A stretch of DNA of 64,000 nt. Source: a virus. Taxonomy: Duplodnaviria > Caudoviricetes. The translations under genes were made by a program, and so were the position numbers. Shown one piece after another: positions 1-8,559 of this stretch. The stretch spans positions 1 through 64,000 of the IMG/VR virus record IMGVR_UViG_3300014039_000311; one strand, given 5' to 3'. Below the pieces are notes generated by a model. It made no database searches, had not been told where the DNA came from, and saw only the letters and a list, made by a program, of their open reading frames with translations. Numbering within the stretch: the stretch's first letter is position 1; each line of letters opens with the position of its first letter.

Positions 1-13
1 TGATTTTATATAG

Positions 14-44
14 GAGGATGTCGGAAACGGCATCCTCTTTTTTT
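14..44 (+). terminator. Rho-independent terminator
   Basis: GAGGATGTCG-GAAA-CGGCATCCTC hairpin followed by a T-tract. Confidence 0.8.
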
Positions 45-63
45 AACTGTTTTACTATATCGT

Positions 64-645
64 TTATATCGACTTTTTCCTCTTTACATCTATTTGCCTT
101 TGAAATTCTTTTAAATTTTTAACTTGAATAGTGTCTTTTTTTATATCCACTTTTCCAGCCATATTTTTTAAAACTTTCTGAACTTCCATAGGTTTTATCG
201 CGCACCAATTTGCAATATCGTTTATCGTAGCGTTTAATTCCTGCGGTTCGTTATAAGCGTCTCTCGGAATATTTTGAATTTCGGCAAGGAGCAGCAAACA
301 ATCGTATATTCTTAAATTCGGTTCGTTTAATTGAAGTATTAAAAGTCTTCTTTTTGAATCGAATATTCTTTTGGCAAACATTTTTGCAAGTTTAAGCGCC
401 ATTTCGATATTATTTGCAAGAACGGATTGAAAATTTTCTTTTTGTAGTTCGAGTAAAACTGTAGGTTCGTTTGCAATCGCGGACGCGCTTCTTGTCGTGC
501 TTTCCAAAATCGCCATCTCCCCGAAAAAATCTCCCGCATGAACCACATCGAGCAGTTTTTCCACATCTTTAATTACTTTCGTTATTCTTACCGAACCGCT
601 TTGAACCATATAGAATTTATCGCCTTTTTCAAATTCCAAAAATAT
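64..645 (-). pseudogene. Crp/Fnr-family cNMP-binding regulator, 5'-truncated fragment, foreign-looking
   Basis: cNMP-binding motifs (FYMVQSGSV, GDFFGEMAIL, RSASAIA) plus C-terminal HTH-like region; the frame is closed by a TAA at 657-655 just upstream of 'IFLEFEKGD', so the N-terminus of the domain is missing. Confidence 0.7.
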
Positions 646-733
646 ACCTACAAATTATATTGATACGATATATACTGAAAAAGAAAATCTACTTCAAGAA
701 ATTAAAAAGATATTTATTTCTAAAGAGTTATAA
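638..733 (+). pseudogene. Orphan C-terminal tail of a DUF559/Vsr-like endonuclease gene
   Basis: Frame reads KNIPTNYIDTIYTEKENLLQEIKKIFISKEL*, resembling the C-termini of the ORFs at 53090 (KYIPIDFSYYKLYTNINNLIKNIK) and 5850 (YKVITDETELLKKIN); no start codon, TAG at 611-613 upstream. Confidence 0.4.
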
Positions 734-738
734 TTGAA

Positions 739-1218
739 ATGAATTTAAAAAAACATATAGTTTTCATCCTATTGTCATTGTTTCTATTCTCTTGTAACAA
801 CAGCGGTCATAAAGATAATGTCAAAAGGTTTAGAAATATCTTCGTGTATGAAAACACAATGCCTGTCATAAAATATAATATAGATGAGAAAGGCGTAAAT
901 TTTATAGTCGACACTGGTTCAGATGTATCCATAATAGATGATGATTATTATTTAAGTCATATGGATTTCTTTAATTTCATCGAGAATAGTTCATCTGACA
1001 TTAACACTATAAGCGGTACAATCTCAAAAGGGGTTATTGTAACAAACACGTTATTGAATGACAGTATACCGGTTACTTTTTATATAACTGATATTGACAA
1101 TGTCAAAAGAGAAGTCTTCATAAAGACGGGAAAGCAAATCGATGGAATATTAGGTTGTGATTTCCTATATGATAACAAGGCGATAATTGATTTCAAGAGA
1201 AAAGAATTACGAAATTAG
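739..1218 (+). CDS. Retropepsin-like aspartyl protease, predicted lipoprotein
   Basis: FIVDTGS catalytic motif, DGILGCDFL C-terminal motif, N-terminal signal with lipobox-like LFLFSC. Confidence 0.75.
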   Translation: MNLKKHIVFILLSLFLFSCNNSGHKDNVKRFRNIFVYENTMPVIKYNIDEKGVNFIVDTGSDVSIIDDDYYLSHMDFFNFIENSSSDINTISGTISKGVIVTNTLLNDSIPVTFYITDIDNVKREVFIKTGKQIDGILGCDFLYDNKAIIDFKRKELRN

Positions 1219-1230
1219 ATGATATAAACG

Positions 1231-1629
1231 ATGCAAGAATTTAATATAAATAAAAACTCCACGCTTCCTTACTTGGAAATGGAACTAATACAAGACGGTC
1301 GAAATGATTACAGAAAGGCATATTATGCCTTACAAAATGCCGATGTATACTTCACGATGGCCAATCTAAACAATGGTATAAAAGTAATATCGAATGCCAA
1401 ATGCAAAATCATTACTTATACTATTGGTTGTGAAGAACGTGTTAAACTAAGGTATTCTTGGAAACCAAGAGATACAAAAATGGAAGGACGTTTTGTCGGT
1501 ACTTTCAAAATAGTTTTCAATGATGACATACACAGTGAAGAATATAGTTTCCCAAAAGGCGAATTGATAGTCCCAATTGCCGAGGAATTGATAATAAATA
1601 TTAATAATTCAATGATTAACACAAATTAA
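1231..1629 (+). CDS. Phage structural protein, possibly BppU-like beta-sandwich
   Basis: 132 aa; pattern IxKNSTLPxL...YxW...DT...GxFxGxF seen in baseplate-upper-like domains (recollection). Confidence 0.35.
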   Translation: MQEFNINKNSTLPYLEMELIQDGRNDYRKAYYALQNADVYFTMANLNNGIKVISNAKCKIITYTIGCEERVKLRYSWKPRDTKMEGRFVGTFKIVFNDDIHSEEYSFPKGELIVPIAEELIININNSMINTN

Positions 1630-1663
1630 TACGATATTCTTATAAAGTTTGATTTAAAAGTTG

Positions 1664-1671
1664 TATATTTG
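1664..1671 (+). promoter_or_regulatory. Bacteroidetes-type -7 promoter element upstream of polB N-half
   Basis: TATATTTG fits TAnnTTTG. Confidence 0.5.
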
Positions 1672-1742
1672 CGGCACATCTTGTATGATGCCGCTATTTT
1701 TGTGGCTTAACTACAGAGTATGTTTAATTTAAAGGATTAGAA

Positions 1743-4286
1743 ATGGCAAATAACATTACAAAAGAGGATATCGATAAATTCCTCTCAGGTACAGACCCGA
1801 TGGAACATATTATAAAGATAGAAGGGTCTTATGACGATGATAAAATGACTGTCATCTTTCGGGGAAAAAATAATAAGTTGAAAATGTTAAAGGATAATTT
1901 TTATCCTTTTGTATGGTGCAAACAAAGTGCAGCCCGAAAGCTTTTCGATGGCGACAGAAAGATTCTGAGGGAGAAAATGGCGATGTACGGTATTACTTGT
2001 AAAGGATTACGTGTCGCCGACGATGAGGGAAACATCCACCCAAGAATGGAGAATGGATATAGGGTATTGTTCTATGCGAAATTTGCGATGTCCTATAAGA
2101 AATTCATGGACTTTTTCAAGGAAGCTGGTAGACCAATATATCCGCAACAGACCGATGCTAATTACGGACTTCGTGAATTTATTGCGGTAGCACCTACAGA
2201 GCAATATATGATTTATACAGGTCGACGAATGTTTAAGGGATATGATGATTACGATGACCTTATTCGTATGTCATTCGACTTGGAGACCGAGGGTCTTAAT
2301 CCACAGATACATGCGATTTCACAGATTGGTATACGAACAAACAAGGGATTTGAAAAAATCATTACCATTGATGGCGAAGGTGAAGAAAAGTTCAAAAATG
2401 AGATAATCGGTCTCAAGGAATTTTTTGAAATCATATATAATGAACAACCTGATATTATTGCAGGATATAATACTGAGAACTTCGACTGGTATTTTATTGA
2501 TGAACGATTAAAGCTCCACGGAAGCTCGTTGTTGGATTTCACCAAGAAAATTTTCTATAATCGTGGGATATATAAGAAAAAGAAACAACAAGTATTGAAA
2601 CTTGGTGGCGAAATGGAGTATTATTATCCTACTATAATGTGGGGTCATAATATCGTTGATGCATTGTTCGCCGTTCGTAGAGCGCAAGCAATCGATTCTA
2701 ATATGAAAAAGGCAACCCTTAAATATATCTGCGCCTACTCAAAGATGAATAAGCCTAATCGTGTATATGTACCAGGCAAAGAAATTAATACAACGTGGTT
2801 GGACTTGACACCTACATATGCATTTAATGATACCGATGGCGAATGGTTTAAGATAGATGATAAACGTCTTGAAAAGACTTATACTGATGATAATGGAACG
2901 TTTCCTCTGTACACCCGTGAAGATAAAAAATTAATTAATAATAAAACAGGTAAGGAGTATGAAATAACGACAGGACGCTATATAATTCAGCGTTATCTGT
3001 TGGATGACCTTTGGGAGACAGATAAGGTAGAAAACCGTTATAATCAACCTAATTTCTTGGTAGGTAAAATGCTCCCAGTATCATATGAGAAAATGTGTAC
3101 AATGGGTACTGCTGCAATATGGAAATACATTATGATGGCGTGGAGTTATCAACATGATCTGGCTATTCCTGAATTGATTGAAACCAAGAAATTTACAGGA
3201 GGATTGTCACGATTATTGAAAGTCGGATATGTGGATAGAATCGTTAAATTGGATTATAATTCACTATATCCTTCGATTATTCTTACTTTCGGTATCAAGA
3301 GTCCAATCGATATTATGGGTGTAATGAATGCCCTTTTGGAGTATATTCTTACACAACGTGAACATTATAAGGGTCTGAAAGCCAAATATGGTAAAGAGGC
3401 AGATGAACTTAAAGAAAAATTAAAGGGTATTACAGATGAGAATGAAATTAAGGAGACAAAGGTCAAGATAGCGCAGTTATCAAGCCAAAAGGCGATGGCA
3501 GACAAAATGCAACTTCCTCTAAAGATAACAGGCAATGGCTTCTTCGGATCATACGGTTCTGGAAGTGTGTTCCCTTGGTCTGATTTGGAATGTGCGGAGG
3601 AAACAACTTGCCGTGGTCGACAAATGCTTCGTCTTATGATTAGCCATTTTTCCACATTGGGAAGTTTTAATACTAATACGCCTAATGACGAATACAATTA
3701 TCATCCTATTGTAGGTGACAGTTTTACTGGTGATACACCTATGTTTATCAAATATGATAATACAAATTTGATTGACATCAAACCTATATCTGAATTAATA
3801 GATATTGATAACATACGCAAGGATGCGTTAGGTAGAGAATACGATACGACTGAGAAAAATTATACTGTCTTATGTCGAAGTGGATGGTATAAACCAAGCT
3901 ACATATATCGTCACAAGACGGGCAAAGATATGTACCGTGTCATGGATAAACGAAATAGTAAGACCTGTGTCAGTGACATAACCGAAGACCATTCGTTGTT
4001 TGATGAAAATAAAGAAAAGGTAAAGCCATCCGAGATTAATAAAAACACGGTATTAGAATACAAATCAGAGCCTTTCTGTAAAAGAGATAAAAAAATAACA
4101 AAAGAGAAATTTAATAAATTATTAGACTTCACAGTAAAATTCCCAATGAAGATACCTATCGAAGTTTTAAATTGTGAAGTAAATATAAGAAAGCGATTTG
4201 CAAGTGAACTGTGCAAGAGATTAGATAAACAAATAACAATTGAAAACTATTCAAAGGTATTTGTAGCGGGATTTAACTTTTTATAA
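1743..4286 (+). CDS. polB: DNA polymerase family B, N-terminal half (3'-5' exonuclease, motifs A and B) fused to split-intein N-part
   Basis: ExoI FDLETEG, ExoII GYNTENFD, ExoIII YLLDD, motif A LDYNSLYPS, motif B KITGNGFFG; motif C is cut after IVGD (residue 659). Confidence 0.92.
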   Translation: MANNITKEDIDKFLSGTDPMEHIIKIEGSYDDDKMTVIFRGKNNKLKMLKDNFYPFVWCKQSAARKLFDGDRKILREKMAMYGITCKGLRVADDEGNIHPRMENGYRVLFYAKFAMSYKKFMDFFKEAGRPIYPQQTDANYGLREFIAVAPTEQYMIYTGRRMFKGYDDYDDLIRMSFDLETEGLNPQIHAISQIGIRTNKGFEKIITIDGEGEEKFKNEIIGLKEFFEIIYNEQPDIIAGYNTENFDWYFIDERLKLHGSSLLDFTKKIFYNRGIYKKKKQQVLKLGGEMEYYYPTIMWGHNIVDALFAVRRAQAIDSNMKKATLKYICAYSKMNKPNRVYVPGKEINTTWLDLTPTYAFNDTDGEWFKIDDKRLEKTYTDDNGTFPLYTREDKKLINNKTGKEYEITTGRYIIQRYLLDDLWETDKVENRYNQPNFLVGKMLPVSYEKMCTMGTAAIWKYIMMAWSYQHDLAIPELIETKKFTGGLSRLLKVGYVDRIVKLDYNSLYPSIILTFGIKSPIDIMGVMNALLEYILTQREHYKGLKAKYGKEADELKEKLKGITDENEIKETKVKIAQLSSQKAMADKMQLPLKITGNGFFGSYGSGSVFPWSDLECAEETTCRGRQMLRLMISHFSTLGSFNTNTPNDEYNYHPIVGDSFTGDTPMFIKYDNTNLIDIKPISELIDIDNIRKDALGREYDTTEKNYTVLCRSGWYKPSYIYRHKTGKDMYRVMDKRNSKTCVSDITEDHSLFDENKEKVKPSEINKNTVLEYKSEPFCKRDKKITKEKFNKLLDFTVKFPMKIPIEVLNCEVNIRKRFASELCKRLDKQITIENYSKVFVAGFNFL
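3720..4283 (+). mobile_element. Split intein N-fragment (IntN, about 188 aa) with degenerate LAGLIDADG remnant
   Basis: Begins SFTGDTPMFIK (block A), contains ITEDHSLF (block B TxxH); tail KIPIEVLN...KRF...YSKVFVAG resembles decayed endonuclease blocks; ends at a stop codon with no C-terminal Asn. Confidence 0.85.
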
Positions 4287-4297
4287 TGTAGTCATAT

Positions 4298-4337
4298 AAA
4301 TGATTCTATCAGATAATTTGTCTCGGTAGAATCATTT
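4298..4337 (+). terminator. Hairpin immediately after polB N-half
   Basis: AAATGATTCTATC...GGTAGAATCATTT inverted repeat; T-tract is weak. Confidence 0.5.
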
Positions 4338-4361
4338 GTTCTATCTTAATAAGAAATAACA

Positions 4362-5762
4362 ATGTATAAAACTGTCATTAAATCGACTGATGAATTTAAA
4401 AGTAAAGCAAGAGATATATTCGGAGATTATTACGACTATACAAAAACAGATATCTCGAAAAAAGATACTAAAAGACGAGTAACAATAACATGCCCCATAC
4501 ATGGAGATTTTCTGCAAAATATGTATAGTCACTTAAAAGGTTGCGGGTGTCCGAAATGTGGAAAACGAAATATGGCAAAAACTCAATCGTTTACAAACGA
4601 ACAATTTATTACTAAGGCAAATATTGTCCACAACTTTAAATATCGTTATACAATAACAGTATATCAAGGAGCAACTAAAGACGTTGACATTATTTGTCCA
4701 AAGCACGGGATTTTCACTCAGAAGGCATATTCACATCTACAAGGTCACGGCTGCCCTAAATGCGCTACCGAACAGAACGCTAATAATATGTTGATGACAA
4801 AAGAGGTGTTCGTCAAAAAAGCCAATATTATTCATAAAAATACCGAGGATTATAGCCTTGCGGAATACAAAGGGGCAAAGATTCCAATTGAAATAATATG
4901 TGCCAATGGTCATCATTATTGGCAAATGCCAAACAAGCATCTATGCGGTCACGGTTGTCCTTATTGTTCCAATGTTGTCTCAACTCAAGAAAATGAAATA
5001 TCAGATTTCATCGAAAATGAACTTGGTCTCGAAGTTATTAAGAATAATCGTAAAATATTGACAGATGGCAAGGAAATTGACATATATATTCCGTCTAAAA
5101 ACATCGCAATAGAACACGATGGCTTAATATGGCATAGTGAAGAATATTGTAAAAATAATCACTACCATTTGAAAAAGACAGAAGATTGTATTAAGCAAGG
5201 AATACGACTACTGCATATTTTTGAAGACGAATGGGTATTTAAGAAAGATATTGTTAAATCTAAAATAAGAGAAATAACAGACAATGTACCAAATAAGATT
5301 TCCTCTGAACTATGTGTTATTAAAAAGTTATCTCCGAAACAATGTATTGATTTTTTAAAAACAAATTCAATTTATAATATCGTTAATCCTCAAATAGTAT
5401 ATGGTAATTTTTATAAAAATGAATTGGTCTCGTTGTTAGGATTTAATAAAATAACTGATGACGAATATGAATTAGTCACATATTGCAATAGACTAAATAC
5501 AAAGGTAATAAATGGTGTAAAAGGACTTTTTAATTTTTTCGTGAATGAAAATAATCCTATCGTTGTTATAGTCAAGATTGATAGACGATGGGATAATGGA
5601 AATGAGTTTAAAAATATCGGTTTTAAGTTCTTAAAAAATACCGAACCAAATTATTATTATGTCGCTAATAGACATCGATATTTGAAGATAATCGATATAG
5701 AAAAAGAGACATATAGGATATTCGATAGTGGAAATTCTGTATACGAATGGAAGAAAAAATAG
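4362..5762 (+). CDS. Hef-like homing endonuclease (CPxHG/CPxC zinc-ribbon repeats, PD-(D/E)XK-like domain, GNAT-like C-terminus)
   Basis: Three CxxHG...GCPxC-type repeats; KEIDIYIPSKNIAIEHDGLIWHS; IFEDEW; DRRW; RIFDSG. Confidence 0.7.
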   Translation: MYKTVIKSTDEFKSKARDIFGDYYDYTKTDISKKDTKRRVTITCPIHGDFLQNMYSHLKGCGCPKCGKRNMAKTQSFTNEQFITKANIVHNFKYRYTITVYQGATKDVDIICPKHGIFTQKAYSHLQGHGCPKCATEQNANNMLMTKEVFVKKANIIHKNTEDYSLAEYKGAKIPIEIICANGHHYWQMPNKHLCGHGCPYCSNVVSTQENEISDFIENELGLEVIKNNRKILTDGKEIDIYIPSKNIAIEHDGLIWHSEEYCKNNHYHLKKTEDCIKQGIRLLHIFEDEWVFKKDIVKSKIREITDNVPNKISSELCVIKKLSPKQCIDFLKTNSIYNIVNPQIVYGNFYKNELVSLLGFNKITDDEYELVTYCNRLNTKVINGVKGLFNFFVNENNPIVVIVKIDRRWDNGNEFKNIGFKFLKNTEPNYYYVANRHRYLKIIDIEKETYRIFDSGNSVYEWKKK

Positions 5763-5813
5763 AGTTTTAACCGATTTTAGTATAATATTCTTGGCGAATA
5801 CGAAAATAAACGG

Positions 5814-5821
5814 TAACTTTG
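5814..5821 (+). promoter_or_regulatory. Bacteroidetes-type promoter upstream of the second endonuclease and polB C-half
   Basis: TAACTTTG, with a TTG about 20 nt upstream. Confidence 0.55.
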
Positions 5822-5849
5822 CCTATTATCCTTTATAAACTTTGATAAA

Positions 5850-6830
5850 ATGAGCAAAAGAAAAAGCAATAGTGATATAGAAAAAGAATGCATTGAATTA
5901 TGTAAACGTTACGGGCACAAATACATTGCGTTTACAAGGACAAAAGATAAAGACAGTCATACAAGAATAAAGGTTGTATTTGAATGTAATAAACACGGGA
6001 TTAAAGAAACACGTCTATTTACGTTGAGAAAAGGAAATGGTTGCAAGGAATGTGCCAATGAAAAACTATCGGAGTCAAAAAAGTTTTCAGATGATAAGAT
6101 AAAGGACATCTTTAATAAGACATATGATGGTAAATATGAATTTATTGACACTATAAGAGAAAAAAATAAAAGAGGTAAAATAATAACTTATATTAATTAT
6201 CTTTGTCCTTGCCACGGTTTAAAAAAGATAGAATTAGGCAACATTAATAATAGTAAATGTGGCTGTAAAGAATGTTCCGATGAAGAACAAAAGATGACCG
6301 AAGATGAAATCAAACGAAGAGGAGATGAAATATGCAATAAAATGGGTTATAAATATAAAGGATATTTCAGAGACAAGGGGTTTATTCGTATTGTATACGA
6401 ATGTCCTATCCACGGAGAGAATAATGCAAGTATATACCATTTAGAAGAAGGAAAAAGATGTCCAAAATGTTATTCAAGCAGTATCGAGGCAAGCGTAAAT
6501 AACTTATTAAAATTAAATAACATTGAGTTTGTTGAACAGAAAAAATTCGAATGGTTAAGGTACCATAATCCTCTTAGATTGGACTTTTACTTACCTAAAT
6601 ATAACATTGCAATTGAGTGTCAAGGAAAACAACATTTTAATTCTGTAAAAACTTGGGGAGGTAATGATGAATTAGAAGACCGGCAACTCAGAGACAAGAC
6701 AAAGAAAGAACTATGTGAAAATCACGGAATTAAAATAATATACTATGCCAATTATACATACGATTTTCCATATAAAGTGATAACCGATGAAACTGAATTA
6801 TTAAAGAAAATAAACGATGGAAACAAATAA
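5850..6830 (+). CDS. Zinc-ribbon repeat plus DUF559/Vsr-like endonuclease (putative homing endonuclease)
   Basis: Three CxxHG...CxxC repeats; EQKKFEWL...LDFYLPKYNIAIECQGKQHF. Confidence 0.7.
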   Translation: MSKRKSNSDIEKECIELCKRYGHKYIAFTRTKDKDSHTRIKVVFECNKHGIKETRLFTLRKGNGCKECANEKLSESKKFSDDKIKDIFNKTYDGKYEFIDTIREKNKRGKIITYINYLCPCHGLKKIELGNINNSKCGCKECSDEEQKMTEDEIKRRGDEICNKMGYKYKGYFRDKGFIRIVYECPIHGENNASIYHLEEGKRCPKCYSSSIEASVNNLLKLNNIEFVEQKKFEWLRYHNPLRLDFYLPKYNIAIECQGKQHFNSVKTWGGNDELEDRQLRDKTKKELCENHGIKIIYYANYTYDFPYKVITDETELLKKINDGNK

Positions 6831-6915
6831 TATTGGTAAGACAAATGATTATGTATACGACATTTCATTAGATGGAACTGTTGTTAATGCATTGGGAATG
6901 AACGTATTAAGTAAT
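6817..6915 (+). mobile_element. Split intein C-fragment (IntC, 33 aa)
   Basis: METNNIGKTNDYVYDISLDGTVVNALGMNVLSN|T: block F (YVYDIS), terminal Asn, +1 Thr nucleophile. Confidence 0.88.
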
Positions 6916-8472
6916 ACTGATGGGTTCAACTTCCAAAAACCGTTAAAATATCGTTATACAAAAGAGCATCCTTATATAGGTAAGGGACTCGGCCGTAATG
7001 TCAAGAAAGGAAAAGAATACACCGAGGTCGACGCCGATGTTGCTGAATTCGAGGATACATTTATTAATGAAGCATACAATGGAGGAGTATTAAAGAACGG
7101 TTTAGGAATCGATGAGTATTGTGACGCTTGTATCCAATTCGCTCGTAAAAATTACGCTGATTTAATGCCTGATGGTTCTAAGAAACTGGTAGGCAACACT
7201 ATCAAATCAAAAAAGATGCCGATATATATTGAGAAGTTTCTTAATAATGCCATTGATATGCTATTGCACGGCAAGGGTTCTGATTTTCTTAACTATTATT
7301 ATGATTATATTGAGAAAATTTATAATATGCAAATTCCTTTGAAAGATATTGCGACTGTTGGCAAAATAAAAACCTCCATCGAGACATATAAGGAAAGTTG
7401 CAAGCAGTTAACTGCTGGTGGTACAAAGAAAGCAAGACAAGCTTGGTATGAATTAGCCATACGTGATAACTTGTCAGTCAATATGGGTGACACTATCTAT
7501 TATATTAACACAGGTGACAAGAAATCGGTGTCTGATGTACAAAGAGTTACTAAGTACTATTTTGACGGAAGAGATGGGAAAGAAATCGATTACATGACCA
7601 ATGAAGATGGCACTCCTAAGACTGACCGTAAAGGAAATATTGTGTCTCTGTCAAAAGGATTGGAAAGTGAATACAACCGTCTTAAAAAAGCCAATGACCC
7701 TATTGTGTTAACTCCACCAAATTCTAAGAAAAAATACATATCAAAAGATGATTATATACACAAGGCATATCCATCAATAAAGGATAAGGATGTTATCATT
7801 TTTAATTGTGTTAGATTACCTAATGATATTGTCGAGGATGAGGACGATCACTTCTGTTCAGACGACATTGAGTATAACAAAGAGAAATATATCGATATGT
7901 TTAATAAACGTATTAAACCTCTGCTTGTGTGCTTTAACGAAAAAATTCGTTACACTGTCAATGAAAAAGGCAAGACAATAAATAACATACTAATAACTTC
8001 CCCAAAGGATAGAAAGGAATTTACGGAGAACGAAAGTCAACTCGTTGCAGGACAGCCATATGAGACAATCGACCAAGATACATATGAGCAATTGATGACC
8101 ATCGAGGATAAGGAGATAAAATTCTGGATAGAAAACAATAAAGTGCCTCCGTATACAAAGGAATGTGGAATGGATTGGGGAAAGATAAAGCAAAATTATC
8201 TTGACCGTCAGAAAGAGTTGGAGAAAGAAGGGATTCGTGAAGAAAAAGAATCTTATGATAATTGTATAGCGTCTCTTAAAAGAGAAGATGTCGATAAGGT
8301 ACTTGAAGAGGGGGTGCTTCCCGAAAAGTTGCTGAGACTGATAGATGAGAATATAAACAATGGCGATTTCGTCTCAAAGAAATACAAAGTGAAAATTGGA
8401 AGCATCTTCGATATTGTTGACAAGGATTTCACAAAGAACAACGAGGTAGAAGAAGACGAAATGGCAGAATAG
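6817..8472 (+). CDS. polB: DNA polymerase family B, C-terminal half preceded by split-intein C-part
   Basis: After IntC the sequence resumes TDG (completing GD-TDG motif C), then FARKNYA (PolB KKxY-like motif) and thumb-type GDTIYY. Confidence 0.88.
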   Translation: METNNIGKTNDYVYDISLDGTVVNALGMNVLSNTDGFNFQKPLKYRYTKEHPYIGKGLGRNVKKGKEYTEVDADVAEFEDTFINEAYNGGVLKNGLGIDEYCDACIQFARKNYADLMPDGSKKLVGNTIKSKKMPIYIEKFLNNAIDMLLHGKGSDFLNYYYDYIEKIYNMQIPLKDIATVGKIKTSIETYKESCKQLTAGGTKKARQAWYELAIRDNLSVNMGDTIYYINTGDKKSVSDVQRVTKYYFDGRDGKEIDYMTNEDGTPKTDRKGNIVSLSKGLESEYNRLKKANDPIVLTPPNSKKKYISKDDYIHKAYPSIKDKDVIIFNCVRLPNDIVEDEDDHFCSDDIEYNKEKYIDMFNKRIKPLLVCFNEKIRYTVNEKGKTINNILITSPKDRKEFTENESQLVAGQPYETIDQDTYEQLMTIEDKEIKFWIENNKVPPYTKECGMDWGKIKQNYLDRQKELEKEGIREEKESYDNCIASLKREDVDKVLEEGVLPEKLLRLIDENINNGDFVSKKYKVKIGSIFDIVDKDFTKNNEVEEDEMAE

Positions 8473-8483
8473 ACAAGAAAAAC

Positions 8484-8520
8484 AGAACCCCGTACGGGAA
8501 AACATCCTGTACGAGGTTCT
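8484..8520. terminator. Terminator between convergent polB-C and tail-fibre operon
   Basis: AGAACCCCGTACGGGA...TCCTGTACGAGGTTCT inverted repeat, T-rich on the minus side. Confidence 0.7.
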
Positions 8521-8559
8521 TAGCAACTATGTCCGTTTTGTTTTTGTTGTTGTTTTCAA

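Noticed and set aside
4287-6816. Group I/II intron removing the endonuclease genes from polB
   Set aside because: Non-coding gaps are under 90 bp, too short for a ribozyme core, and IntC has its own ATG; not formally excluded without RT-PCR
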